63,492 bases of DNA from assembly GCA_964455565.1 (NCBI GenBank), contig CAYVWT010000001.1, positions 1 to 63,492 of the forward strand. Reading direction: 5' to 3'. A model generated the notes under the pieces. That model was not told where the DNA came from and ran no database searches. It was given only the letters and a program-made list of their open reading frames with translations. This DNA comes from an uncultured Clostridiaceae bacterium (lineage in GTDB: Bacteria > Bacillota > Clostridia > Monoglobales > Firm-18). The translations under genes were made by a program, and so were the position numbers. Numbering within the stretch: position 1 is the stretch's first letter; each line of letters begins with the position of its first letter. Positions 46,510 to 56,583 of this stretch are shown in pieces.

Positions 46510-48732
46510 TTAATTGCACTTAGAGTACCCACAATTTGGGCAGGTTGCACAGCCCTCTGCTAAATGCAAATGAGTCTTACATTCTGGGCATTTGTTAGGC
46601 GAAACATCCTTAGCGGCCTCAATTGCACCATTAGGATTATGCTTAAAATATTCCTTTTCTAATGCCTTTGCTATAATATCGGCGCAGGACATACCATTTA
46701 TAGTGCGCTCACCCTTACTTTTTACAACGGTGCAGGCAGCACATTTTATGCCTTTTAGCTGGTCAACAATTTCATAAACCTTTGTACCAGAGCGTAGCGC
46801 AAGCGAGATTAGACGATTAAGCCCTGCAATGTTAGACTCACAAGTACCACTTTTTGAAGTGTTTATAAAAGTTTCAACTATATTATTGTTAGCATCTCTA
46901 TTAATGGTTAAATAAAACGAACCACAAGCATTATAAAATTTATTAGTACTGCCCGTAGTCTCACCAAACTCGTTTCTGCTTATTGGCTCGATATGGTCAA
47001 GCAGATGTTTTTCCTGCGCTGTTTCAGTAGCTGACGAGGTTGTTGTTAATATTCCACTTCTTGCACAACCGTCACGGTAAATTGTAACACCTTTTAGTCC
47101 CATTTCCCAAGCTTTTGTATATAAATCCTTAACCTGCTCTACTGTGAAATCGTTAGGCACATTTACAGTCGATGAAATAGATGCATCTATATACTTTTGT
47201 GATGCAGCCTGCATTTTTAGCCTTTCCAAATAATTTAGCTCCATTGCTGTTGTAAAATATTCTGGAAGCTCATCTTCGGTATCTATGTCGTTAAGGTTCA
47301 TATATTGCTGAACAATTGATGTGTAAATGGTGTAATATACGTCCTCACCGTGGAGTGATTCTGTCTTGCGCTTATACGATTTTGCATAAATCGGCTCAAT
47401 TCCACCTGAAATACCAAGCATTGTGGAAAGCGTGCCGGTAGGCGCACAGGTTAAAAGCTGTGAATTACGAAGCCCATACTGTGCCACTAAATCCTTTACG
47501 TCCTCCGAAATATTAGTCTGATAGAATTCACTTGCCATAACTGCGCTCTTATTATACTTAGGATATGCCCCATTTTCCTTAGCCAAAAGTGCTGATTGCT
47601 CAATCGCTGCATTTACCATAGTATAACCAATTTTGTTTGATACATTAACTGCTTCATCACTGCCATACTTACAGCCAATTTGGATTAGCATATCACCAAG
47701 CCCCATGATTCCAAGCCCAATTTGTCTCCAATTTCTAACACTCTCACGTTGCTCTGGAAGGGGGTGAAGCTCTAAGCCCTCATCAATTACCTCATTTAGC
47801 GCAATAACTGCTTTTTTAACAGCCTTTGCAAATTCAGCATAATCAAATTTCGCCTTTTCACTAAATGGCTTTATAACAAATTTAGAAAGATTAACACTAC
47901 CAAGCAAACAGCTACCACCAGCAGGCAAAGGCTCCTCTGCGCAAGGATTTACTCCTGCATATTCAAATTCATCATCTTCACTTAGCAAATTCCAGTTTTT
48001 AATTCTATCCCAAAAAAGAATCCCAGGCTCTGCCATATTCCAATTATTTTCGCAAAGTTTTTCCCAAAGAGCCTCTGGGTCTACCTCTCGCTCTATAATC
48101 TCACCTGTTTCAGGGCGCACAAATTTCAATTTCCACTGCTCGCCATTTAAAAGGCAATTCATAAAATCATCAGATATTTTAACAGAAACATTTGCCTTTG
48201 TAACCTTTGTTAAATCATTTTTAATATCAATAAACTTTTCAATATCAGGGTGAGAACAATCCATAGACAGCATAAGCGCACCACGTCTGCCAAATTGCCC
48301 AATAAGCTCTGTAACCATACTATATAGGTTCATAAAACTAACTGCGCCTGTTGTTTCCTTTGCAGCATTATTAATCTTAGCACCAGTTGGTGATAGCTTT
48401 GATAAATCAACGCCACACCCTCCACCATAAGAATATGTTCTGGCAAGCTTTTTAGCACAGTCAAAAATGCTTTCTATATTGTCCTCTGGTGGGTCAATAA
48501 CATAGCAGTTTGAAAAGGTAATCTTCCTGCCTGTTTTTTGCAAGCCTCTGCTTGCAAGTATTCTTCCACCAAAAAGGAATTTTTTCTCTAAAATAAGTTC
48601 TCTAACCTCTTTATTACCACTTGACATTCTATCTAACCAGTCATCAAAGCTTTCTGCGTTAAAACGGTATTTTTTGTTCCAGATGTCCATTCCAATTTGA
48701 TTGTCTTGCCCTAACCATTCTTCAATATTCAT
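46510..48732 (-). CDS. nrdJ: adenosylcobalamin-dependent (class II) ribonucleotide reductase
   Basis: NPCAEEPL active-site loop and a C-terminal CPECK...CPNCG zinc ribbon. Start MNIEEW at 48732. Confidence 0.88.
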   Translation of the reverse strand: MNIEEWLGQDNQIGMDIWNKKYRFNAESFDDWLDRMSSGNKEVRELILEKKFLFGGRILASRGLQKTGRKITFSNCYVIDPPEDNIESIFDCAKKLARTYSYGGGCGVDLSKLSPTGAKINNAAKETTGAVSFMNLYSMVTELIGQFGRRGALMLSMDCSHPDIEKFIDIKNDLTKVTKANVSVKISDDFMNCLLNGEQWKLKFVRPETGEIIEREVDPEALWEKLCENNWNMAEPGILFWDRIKNWNLLSEDDEFEYAGVNPCAEEPLPAGGSCLLGSVNLSKFVIKPFSEKAKFDYAEFAKAVKKAVIALNEVIDEGLELHPLPEQRESVRNWRQIGLGIMGLGDMLIQIGCKYGSDEAVNVSNKIGYTMVNAAIEQSALLAKENGAYPKYNKSAVMASEFYQTNISEDVKDLVAQYGLRNSQLLTCAPTGTLSTMLGISGGIEPIYAKSYKRKTESLHGEDVYYTIYTSIVQQYMNLNDIDTEDELPEYFTTAMELNYLERLKMQAASQKYIDASISSTVNVPNDFTVEQVKDLYTKAWEMGLKGVTIYRDGCARSGILTTTSSATETAQEKHLLDHIEPISRNEFGETTGSTNKFYNACGSFYLTINRDANNNIVETFINTSKSGTCESNIAGLNRLISLALRSGTKVYEIVDQLKGIKCAACTVVKSKGERTINGMSCADIIAKALEKEYFKHNPNGAIEAAKDVSPNKCPECKTHLHLAEGCATCPNCGYSKCN

Positions 48733-48756
48733 AACTTTCCTCTTTTCTTGTGTAAT

Positions 48757-48804
48757 GCACAATATATAGTATAATATTTTTATAGTGAACACAATAGATT
48801 GTAT
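48757..48804. promoter_or_regulatory. two tandem NrdR boxes
   Basis: GCACAATATATAGTAT (48757-48772) and ACACAATAGATTGTAT (48789-48804), centres 32 bp apart. The distal box overlaps the -10. Confidence 0.7.
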
Positions 48805-48826
48805 ACTGTATTGACAAGTTTGTCAA
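48798..48826 (-). promoter_or_regulatory. sigma-A promoter of nrdJ
   Basis: Minus strand: TTGACA (48826-48821), 17-nt spacer, TACAAT (48803-48798). Confidence 0.6.
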
Positions 48827-48830
48827 CACT

Positions 48831-48865
48831 AAAAAATGGCAAATCTCAAAGATTTGCCATTTTTT
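48831..48865 (-). terminator. intrinsic terminator of ppnP
   Basis: AATGGCAAATC-(5 nt)-GATTTGCCATT with flanking A/T runs. Confidence 0.85.
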
Positions 48866-48875
48866 CTGATATTTT

Positions 48876-49184
48876 TTATTTAATATATGAACAGCAATAA
48901 TCAGTTACTTCTTTCACTACTAATTTGAATTTGCTGTTGCTTGGAACTTCAAAGGATTGCCCCTCAGAAATTGTTTTCCAAATTGTTTCATCAGGCAAAA
49001 GCACGTCCATTGCGCCACCCAAAATTTCCATTATTTCTTTATCCTCTGTGCCAAATTCATATTCGCCTGGCATCATAATTCCAAGTGTCTTTTTTTCGCC
49101 ACCATCAAAAATTACTGTACGGCTTGTTACCTTTCCACCAAAATAAACATTTGCCTTTTTTACAATTGAAACATTTTTAAACAT
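48876..49184 (-). CDS. ppnP: pyrimidine/purine nucleoside phosphorylase PpnP (UPF0345/DUF1255)
   Basis: [14 protein letters not shown]...PGEYEFGT cupin-like signature. Start MFKNV follows GGGGGA. Confidence 0.85.
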   Translation of the reverse strand: MFKNVSIVKKANVYFGGKVTSRTVIFDGGEKKTLGIMMPGEYEFGTEDKEIMEILGGAMDVLLPDETIWKTISEGQSFEVPSNSKFKLVVKEVTDYCCSYIK

Positions 49185-49237
49185 AGTTATTTCCCCCAAC
49201 ATTTTTTATTATATTATAGGTTAAATTTTTGTTTAAG

Positions 49238-50011
49238 TCAACTCATATTTATTCTTTCAATTTTGGTTGCCTTGCCAGTATATTCATCAACAGTAATAAC
49301 AACTCCACTAAGGGTTGCCTCGTTGTCCGACACCTCGAACCTTTGTGGCATATTGGTTAAGAACCTTTTTATTACTATTTCCTTTTTTACTCCAAGTATT
49401 GAATCCTTTGGACCTGTCATTCCAATATCGGTAATATAGGCTGTTCCACCATCTAAAATCTTTTCATCAGCGGTTTGAACATGAGTATGAGTGCCAACAA
49501 CTGCCGAAACTCTACCGTTTAAATAATATCCCATTGCAATTTTCTCACTTGTTGCCTCTGCGTGAAAGTCCACAATAACAACGCTTGTTTTGCCTTTAAT
49601 TTTTAACAATATATTATCAATGCTACGAAAAGGGCAGTCCATCGCATCTAAATAAATTCTGCCATTGGCATTTACAACAGCAACGGTTATTTCGCCAACG
49701 TCAACCAAAATATAACCCTCGCCTGCTGTTCCAGCAGGAAAATTTGACGGCCGAATAATTGGATAATTATCGTCAATTAAGCTAAATATATCCGTTTTAT
49801 TAAAGGTGTGGTTTCCCATAGTAATAACATCGACACCGCTATCAAATAAATCATACGCCGCCGCTTTTGTTATGCCATTACCCTGCGCAGCATTTTCACC
49901 ATTTGCGATGCAAAAATCAATTCCATCAAGCTTTTTAAATGCTCTTAAATGCTTTCTTACAAAAGCAACACCACTATTTCCTACAACATCACCTATTATA
50001 AATATTCTCAT
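49238..50011 (-). CDS. ymdB: YmdB-family metallophosphoesterase (TIGR00282)
   Basis: MRIFIIGDVVG...ANGENAA...GNH...HAEATSEK motifs. Downstream of rny, as in Bacillus. Confidence 0.92.
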   Translation of the reverse strand: MRIFIIGDVVGNSGVAFVRKHLRAFKKLDGIDFCIANGENAAQGNGITKAAAYDLFDSGVDVITMGNHTFNKTDIFSLIDDNYPIIRPSNFPAGTAGEGYILVDVGEITVAVVNANGRIYLDAMDCPFRSIDNILLKIKGKTSVVIVDFHAEATSEKIAMGYYLNGRVSAVVGTHTHVQTADEKILDGGTAYITDIGMTGPKDSILGVKKEIVIKRFLTNMPQRFEVSDNEATLSGVVITVDEYTGKATKIERINMS

Positions 50012-50128
50012 ATAATCCTCTTTCTAACGAATTTCTTTGTTAAATTCTACCACTCTATACTAAAATAGTCAAGATATTAAGAGTATAATTAAAATATATA
50101 ATGCCCAAAATAATACTGGGTGATAAAT

Positions 50129-50254
50129 ATGGGAAAAAACAAGTCAACTCGTTCAGATGGAGTGACAAGCGTTAACAAGACGCAAGAGTTAGAATCAACC
50201 GAAAGACGTATGCCAAAGGGCGCAAACAGGAAAAATACACAAAGCCCTAAATAG
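50129..50254 (+). CDS. candidate 41-aa hydrophilic basic protein, minor-SASP-like (not in ORF track)
   Basis: ATG lies 5 nt after GGGTGA. Sequence MGKNKSTRSDGVTSVNKTQELESTERRMPKGANRKNTQSPK. TAG stop, then a hairpin at 50264-50290. Opposite strand to the flanking rny and ymdB. Confidence 0.5.
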   Translation: MGKNKSTRSDGVTSVNKTQELESTERRMPKGANRKNTQSPK

Positions 50255-50263
50255 CAGTGAAAA

Positions 50264-50295
50264 AAGTGGACTTGGGTATCAAGTCCACTTCTTTT
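50264..50295. terminator. bidirectional terminator (rny on minus, small ORF on plus)
   Basis: AAGTGGACTTG-GGTAT-CAAGTCCACTT. TTTTT follows on the minus strand, CTTTT on the plus strand. Confidence 0.8.
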
Positions 50296-50323
50296 ATATA
50301 TCGTTGCTAACGAACAACGATTA

Positions 50324-51892
50324 TTATTTAGCGTATTCTATTGAACGAAGTTCTCTAATTACATTAACTTTAATTTGTCCTGGATATTCCATTTCGTTCT
50401 CTATCTTTTTAACGATATCACGAGCCATAAGGATTGTGTTATCATCTGTAACAATTTCTGGCTTAACCATAATGCGAATTTCTCTACCTGCTTGAATTGC
50501 AAACGACTTATCAACGCCCTCGAATGAATTTGCAATTGCTTCAAGCTTTTCAAGACGCTTTATGTATGTTTCCAAATTCTCTCTTCTTGCACCTGGGCGA
50601 GCAGCTGAAATTGAATCTGCCGCTTGAACAAGGCACGCAATAATCGAATTAGGTTGAACATCACCATGATGCGCCAAAATAGAGTGTATAACTTCTTCGC
50701 TTTCCTTGTACTTCTTAGCAATATCAGCACCAATAGTTGCGTGCGAGCCTTCAACCTCGTGGTCAATTGCCTTGCCTAAATCGTGTAGTAGACCTGCACG
50801 CTTAGCAATTGTAATATCAGCACCTAATTCACCAGCCATAATTCCTGCAAGGTGGGAAACCTCTATTGAATGTTTAAGAACATTTTGACCATAGCTTGTA
50901 CGATATTTAAGCTTTCCTAAAAGACGAATGATTTCTGGGTGCAAGCCATGAACACCAGTTTCAAATGTTGCGTGTTCGCCCTCTTGCTTGATAATATTTT
51001 CAACTTCCTTCTTACTTCTTTCAACCGTTTCTTCAATGCGAGCAGGGTGAATTCTGCCATCGACAATAAGCTTTTCAAGAGTAAGACGAGCAACCTCACG
51101 TCTGATTGGGTCGAACCCTGAAAGAATAACTGCCTCTGGAGTATCGTCAATAATAAGGTCGATACCAGTAAGCGTTTCAAGAGTACGGATATTTCTACCC
51201 TCACGACCGATAATTCTACCTTTCATTTCATCGTTAGGTAGTGGCACAACCGAAACAGTAGTTTCTGCTGAATGGTCGGCAGCGCAACGTTGAATTGCAC
51301 CGGCAACGATGTCGTGTGCTTTTTTGTCGCCCTCTTCTTTTGCCTTGTCTGTAATATCCTTAATCATCATAGCGGCTTCATGACGAACTTCGCTCTCGAT
51401 GTTTTTAAGCAAATATTCCTTTGCCTCATCAGCAGTAAGCCCTGAAATTTTCTCAAGCTCTAAAATCTGTTTTTCGTGGATGTTTTCAGCATCAGCCATT
51501 TTTCTGTCAAGCTCTTTGTTTCTTTTTGCAAGTGCTTCTTCTTTTTGTTCTAATTGCTCAACTTTTTTATCTAAGGATTCTTCTTTTTGCTGAATTCTTT
51601 TTTCTTGCCTTTGATTCTCTGCACGATGTTCTTTTACTTCTTTATCTAATTCCAAACGATGCTTATGTGCATCTTCTTTTGCTTCAAGTAATGCTTCACG
51701 TTTTTTGCTTTCTGCCAACTTCTCAGCATCGCTTACTATTTTCTTTGCCTGTTGTTCGGCACCACCGATTTCTGCTTCTGCAATTTTTCTTCTATATGCA
51801 ATTCCTAAACGGAATGAAATAGCCGCAGCAATGATAATGAGTACAAACGCAATAGCAAGAATAACTATTGATAGCGTGTCTATATAGAACAC
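50324..51892 (-). CDS. rny: ribonuclease Y
   Basis: N-terminal TM, coiled-coil, KH, HD domain (HDLGK). Start codon problematic (see finding). Confidence 0.96.
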   Translation of the reverse strand: MFYIDTLSIVILAIAFVLIIIAAAISFRLGIAYRRKIAEAEIGGAEQQAKKIVSDAEKLAESKKREALLEAKEDAHKHRLELDKEVKEHRAENQRQEKRIQQKEESLDKKVEQLEQKEEALAKRNKELDRKMADAENIHEKQILELEKISGLTADEAKEYLLKNIESEVRHEAAMMIKDITDKAKEEGDKKAHDIVAGAIQRCAADHSAETTVSVVPLPNDEMKGRIIGREGRNIRTLETLTGIDLIIDDTPEAVILSGFDPIRREVARLTLEKLIVDGRIHPARIEETVERSKKEVENIIKQEGEHATFETGVHGLHPEIIRLLGKLKYRTSYGQNVLKHSIEVSHLAGIMAGELGADITIAKRAGLLHDLGKAIDHEVEGSHATIGADIAKKYKESEEVIHSILAHHGDVQPNSIIACLVQAADSISAARPGARRENLETYIKRLEKLEAIANSFEGVDKSFAIQAGREIRIMVKPEIVTDDNTILMARDIVKKIENEMEYPGQIKVNVIRELRSIEYAK

Positions 51893-52034
51893 CTCCTAAA
51901 TATAATTACATCCACCTGCACCGTTAACTACAAGTGAATACATAAAGTTGTATAATTTGATACAATTCGCTATACAACTATATACTATTTTAATATTTTT
52001 TATTCATATTGTCAAGTTTATTTTTCCTTGGCTT

Positions 52035-52064
52035 GTATAAGTGCACGATTATATGTCCATACTT
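52035..52064 (+). promoter_or_regulatory. possible forespore (sigma-F-type) promoter of spoIIR
   Basis: GTATA (52035-52039), 15-nt spacer, GTCCATACTT (52055-52064). Partly fits GYATA-N15-GGnrAnAnTw. Assignment by analogy to B. subtilis spoIIR. Confidence 0.35.
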
Positions 52065-52089
52065 AAAATACAAAGAGGGGGTTATTTTT

Positions 52090-52746
52090 ATGTTGAAGAA
52101 TTATATTTTGGGTTTATCTGCAAATCCTGTGCGTTTTATTACGTATAAAATTATAGTATCATTAATTATAGGGCTTACTATAACTGGCTTTGCTTGGCAT
52201 TATGCAGACAGGGTTAAAGCTGATATTGAAAACAGCGTTGTTCGTCTGCACGTTTTGGCAAATAGTGACTCAGATTCCGACCAAGAGTTAAAGTTTAAAG
52301 TTCGTGATAGGGTTATTGATTATTTAAAAGATAAATTAGCAAATGCAAACAGCACAGACGAAACAAAATTAATTATCGGCAGTGAACTTGAAAACATTAA
52401 AAATGTAGCTATTGCAGAAATTGAAAATAATGGTTATAATTATAATGTAGAAACTGTGCTTGGTAATTTCGATTTCCCAACAAAGCAATATGGTGATTCA
52501 CAATTTCCAGCAGGGAAATATGATGCGCTAAGAATATTAATTGGTAAGGCAGAGGGCAAAAATTGGTGGTGCGTGCTGTATCCTCAATTGTGCTTTATCA
52601 ACAATACCAATGGAAAACTTCCAGATGAAAGCAAGGAAAAGCTAAAAAATGTGTTAACTGATGATGAATATAATATTGTTACTTCACCAAATGGAAATAT
52701 TCCTGTTAAGATAAAATTTAAAATATTAGAAATATTTTGTAAATAA
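52090..52746 (+). CDS. spoIIR: stage II sporulation protein R
   Basis: VRLHVLANSDSDSDQELKFKVRD signature. ATG 52090 follows GAGGGGG. Confidence 0.92.
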   Translation: MLKNYILGLSANPVRFITYKIIVSLIIGLTITGFAWHYADRVKADIENSVVRLHVLANSDSDSDQELKFKVRDRVIDYLKDKLANANSTDETKLIIGSELENIKNVAIAEIENNGYNYNVETVLGNFDFPTKQYGDSQFPAGKYDALRILIGKAEGKNWWCVLYPQLCFINNTNGKLPDESKEKLKNVLTDDEYNIVTSPNGNIPVKIKFKILEIFCK

Positions 52747-52749
52747 ATG

Positions 52750-52778
52750 TTGACAAATAAAAATACTTCTGCTATACT
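52750..52778 (+). promoter_or_regulatory. sigma-A promoter of metY
   Basis: TTGACA (52750-52755), 17-nt spacer, TATACT (52773-52778). Confidence 0.6.
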
Positions 52779-52818
52779 CATATTAAACATATCGATATAA
52801 TATGAATTAAAATTATAG

Positions 52819-54114
<1,296 letters not shown>

Positions 54115-54118
54115 TACC

Positions 54119-54156
54119 CAAAGTGCCAAGCAAAATTTTGTTTGGCACTTTTTTTA
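54119..54156 (+). terminator. intrinsic terminator of metY
   Basis: AAGTGCCAA-(12 nt)-TTGGCACTT followed by TTTTTT. Confidence 0.85.
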
Positions 54157-54165
54157 CAAAAACTA

Positions 54166-54194
54166 TTGATTTTTAATAAAATATATGGTAGTAT
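54166..54194 (+). promoter_or_regulatory. sigma-A promoter of the trp operon
   Basis: TTGATT (54166-54171), 17-nt spacer, TGgTAGTAT (-10 at 54189-54194). Confidence 0.5.
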
Positions 54195-54200
54195 AATAAT

Positions 54201-54266
54201 TAGATTAGTTTAGAAGAGACGAGAATAGGAAAAATAGATGAGTTGAGCTGAGGAAAATGTGCATAG
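54201..54266 (+). promoter_or_regulatory. TRAP-type binding array of (G/U)AG triplets in the trp leader
   Basis: TAG 54201, 54206, 54211; GAG 54216, 54221; TAG 54226; TAG 54235; GAG 54240, 54245, 54250. All have 2-nt spacers except one 6-nt gap. An 11th TAG sits at 54264 after an 11-nt gap. Confidence 0.75.
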
Positions 54267-54314
54267 GCATATTTTATTAGTTCTAATAATGATTTATTTC
54301 TGTATATTCACACG

Positions 54315-54345
54315 TCTTCTTCAATTATCGAAGGAGGCTTTTTTT
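54315..54345 (+). terminator. trp attenuator terminator that also sequesters the trpE SD
   Basis: UCUUCUUC-AAUUAUC-GAAGGAGG (8 bp including 2 G-U), then C + 7 U, then AUG. The 5' arm plus CG can alternatively pair with GAAGAGACG (54214-54222) inside the triplet array (antiterminator). Confidence 0.7.
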
Positions 54346-55827
54346 ATGTTTTTCCCGAGTGTTAGTGAAGTAAAAAACCTTGCAACTCAGGGCTATAATT
54401 TTATTCCAGTTGCAATTGAATGTAGTGGTGATATGGAAACACCTATTAGTGTTTACAAAAAATTAGAAAAGAACAAATACTGCTTTTTACTTGAAAGTGT
54501 AGAGGGTGGTCAAAAAATCGCAAGGTATTCTTTTATTGGTAGAAACCCATTTTTGCTTTTTGAAAGCAGGAATAACATCTCTAAAATTACCGAAAATAGA
54601 GTAGTAATCGAAAAAACAGGTAACCCTGTTCACATTTTAGAAGAGATTTGCAATAGGTATAAATCACCAGATATTTCTTCTATTCCTCGTTTTAGTGGTG
54701 GTGGAACTGGTTTTTTCTCTTACGATTTAGTGCGTTCGTTTGAGAACCTGCCAAACCCACCAAAGGACGACACAAATATCCCAGATTCACATTTTATTTT
54801 TACCGACGAGGTTATAGCCTTTGACCATTTACGCCACAAAATAGTTCTAATGGTAAATATGCAAATTAATGAGGGCACAGACATTGACCTTGCATATTCA
54901 AAGGCAATTCGCAGGATAATGGACATTCAAAGCGAGCTTAAAGCGAAAGTTCCACAGGGAACAAGCAAAATAAAGGCACTAACAGGCAAAACGACAGAGC
55001 TTAAAAGCAACCTATCAAAGGAGCAATATATTGAAATAGTTGAAAAAGCTAAGGATTATATAAAAAATGGTGATATTTTTCAAGTAGTTCTTGCGCAAAG
55101 GTTTACCTGTGATGTAGACGTTGAAGCGTTTAACGTATATCGTGCGCTTCGTTCGATTAACCCATCCCCATATATGTATTACCTTAATTTTGGTGATTAT
55201 GAGGTGGTTGGCGCTTCCCCCGAGATGCTACTTCGTGTTGAAAATGGAATAATGCAAACCTGCCCGATAGCTGGCACAAGAAAGCGCGGCGCAACGAATG
55301 AGGAAGATGAGCGCTTAGCGGACGAATTGCTTGCAGACCCAAAAGAGCTTGCAGAGCATAATATGTTGGTTGATTTAGGACGAAACGACATTGGTAGAGT
55401 TGCAGAGTTTGGCAGTGTAAAGGTAACCGATTATAAATATATTCAGCGTTTTTCCCACGTTATGCACATTGTAAGCAACGTTGAGGGCAGGCTAAAAAGT
55501 GGCAAAACTGTATTCGATGCCCTCGCCTCTGTTCTGCCTGCTGGTACATTATCTGGCGCACCCAAAATTCGTGCAATGGAAATAATTGATGAATTAGAAA
55601 CTGTTAAGCGCAGTGTATATGGTGGCGCAGTTTGTTATGTAAGCTTTAATGGTAATTTTGATAGCTGTATCACAATTAGGACAGCAATGATTAAAAATGG
55701 CAAGGCATATATTGGCGCAGGCGCAGGAATAGTTTATGACAGCGTGCCTGAAAAGGAATACGAGGAATGTATTAACAAAGCAGGTGCAATGTTTTCAGCC
55801 TTAAAGGAAGCAGGTGAAATGGCTTGA
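54346..55827 (+). CDS. trpE: anthranilate synthase component I
   Basis: Chorismate-binding family. ATG 54346 follows GAAGGAGG. The track ORF extends upstream through the leader. Confidence 0.96.
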   Translation: MFFPSVSEVKNLATQGYNFIPVAIECSGDMETPISVYKKLEKNKYCFLLESVEGGQKIARYSFIGRNPFLLFESRNNISKITENRVVIEKTGNPVHILEEICNRYKSPDISSIPRFSGGGTGFFSYDLVRSFENLPNPPKDDTNIPDSHFIFTDEVIAFDHLRHKIVLMVNMQINEGTDIDLAYSKAIRRIMDIQSELKAKVPQGTSKIKALTGKTTELKSNLSKEQYIEIVEKAKDYIKNGDIFQVVLAQRFTCDVDVEAFNVYRALRSINPSPYMYYLNFGDYEVVGASPEMLLRVENGIMQTCPIAGTRKRGATNEEDERLADELLADPKELAEHNMLVDLGRNDIGRVAEFGSVKVTDYKYIQRFSHVMHIVSNVEGRLKSGKTVFDALASVLPAGTLSGAPKIRAMEIIDELETVKRSVYGGAVCYVSFNGNFDSCITIRTAMIKNGKAYIGAGAGIVYDSVPEKEYEECINKAGAMFSALKEAGEMA

Positions 55828-55870
55828 AAGAAAACCACTTTCAAACCATCTATGCTCCGCAGGAATTTAT

Positions 55871-55961
55871 TGTCTGTGCGAAATTTTCGCCTTTGGCGAA
55901 ACGCACATAGACATTCGTACCATTTTAACGCCTTATCTGGCTCATTATAAGTGCGTGGTAC
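55871..55961 (+). other. two strong hairpins in the unusually long trpE-trpG spacer
   Basis: Nested TGTCTGTGCG..TTTCGCC-TTT-GGCGAAA..CGCACATAGACA (55871-55913), and GTACCA...TGGTAC (55917-55961). Confidence 0.6.
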
Positions 55962-55995
55962 AACTTTAATTAAATTCTATGAGCCAGAAAGGCTA

Positions 55996-56571
55996 ATGGT
56001 ACTTAATATGATTATAATGATAGATAATTACGATTCGTTCACATACAACCTATACCAATATATTGGTGAGATAAACCCAAATATAGAGGTATACAGGAAT
56101 GACAAAATCACAGTTGATGAGGTTTTAGCGAAAAACCCAAGCCATATAATTATTTCCCCTGGTCCAAAATATCCAAAGGATGCTGGGATTTCAATTGAAC
56201 TTATTAAAAAAGTTGCCGAAACAGATATACCACTGCTTGGTGTGTGCTTAGGGCACCAATCAATCGCCGAGGCATTTGGCGGGAAAACAGTTGTTGCAAA
56301 TGCGCCGTACCACGGAAAGCAGGACACTATCACGCTTGATAATAGTTGCCCAATATTTAAAGGTATGGAGGGTGAAATTACAGCAGGGCGCTATCACTCA
56401 CTAATAGTTGAAATGGCAACCCTACCAACTATGCTTAAGGTTTCTGCAAAAACTGGACGTGGCGACATTATGGGGCTACATTCTAAAAATATTTTCGGAA
56501 TACAGTTTCACCCAGAATCAATCCTAACTCCAAGTGGCAAACAAATAATAAATAACTTTTTAAATTTATAA
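55996..56571 (+). CDS. trpG: anthranilate synthase component II (glutamine amidotransferase)
   Basis: MIDNYDSFTYNL and catalytic GVCLGHQ. Start uncertain (ATG 55996, 56008 or 56017). Confidence 0.93.
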   Translation: MVLNMIIMIDNYDSFTYNLYQYIGEINPNIEVYRNDKITVDEVLAKNPSHIIISPGPKYPKDAGISIELIKKVAETDIPLLGVCLGHQSIAEAFGGKTVVANAPYHGKQDTITLDNSCPIFKGMEGEITAGRYHSLIVEMATLPTMLKVSAKTGRGDIMGLHSKNIFGIQFHPESILTPSGKQIINNFLNL

Positions 56572-56583
56572 GGGGGCGTTACA

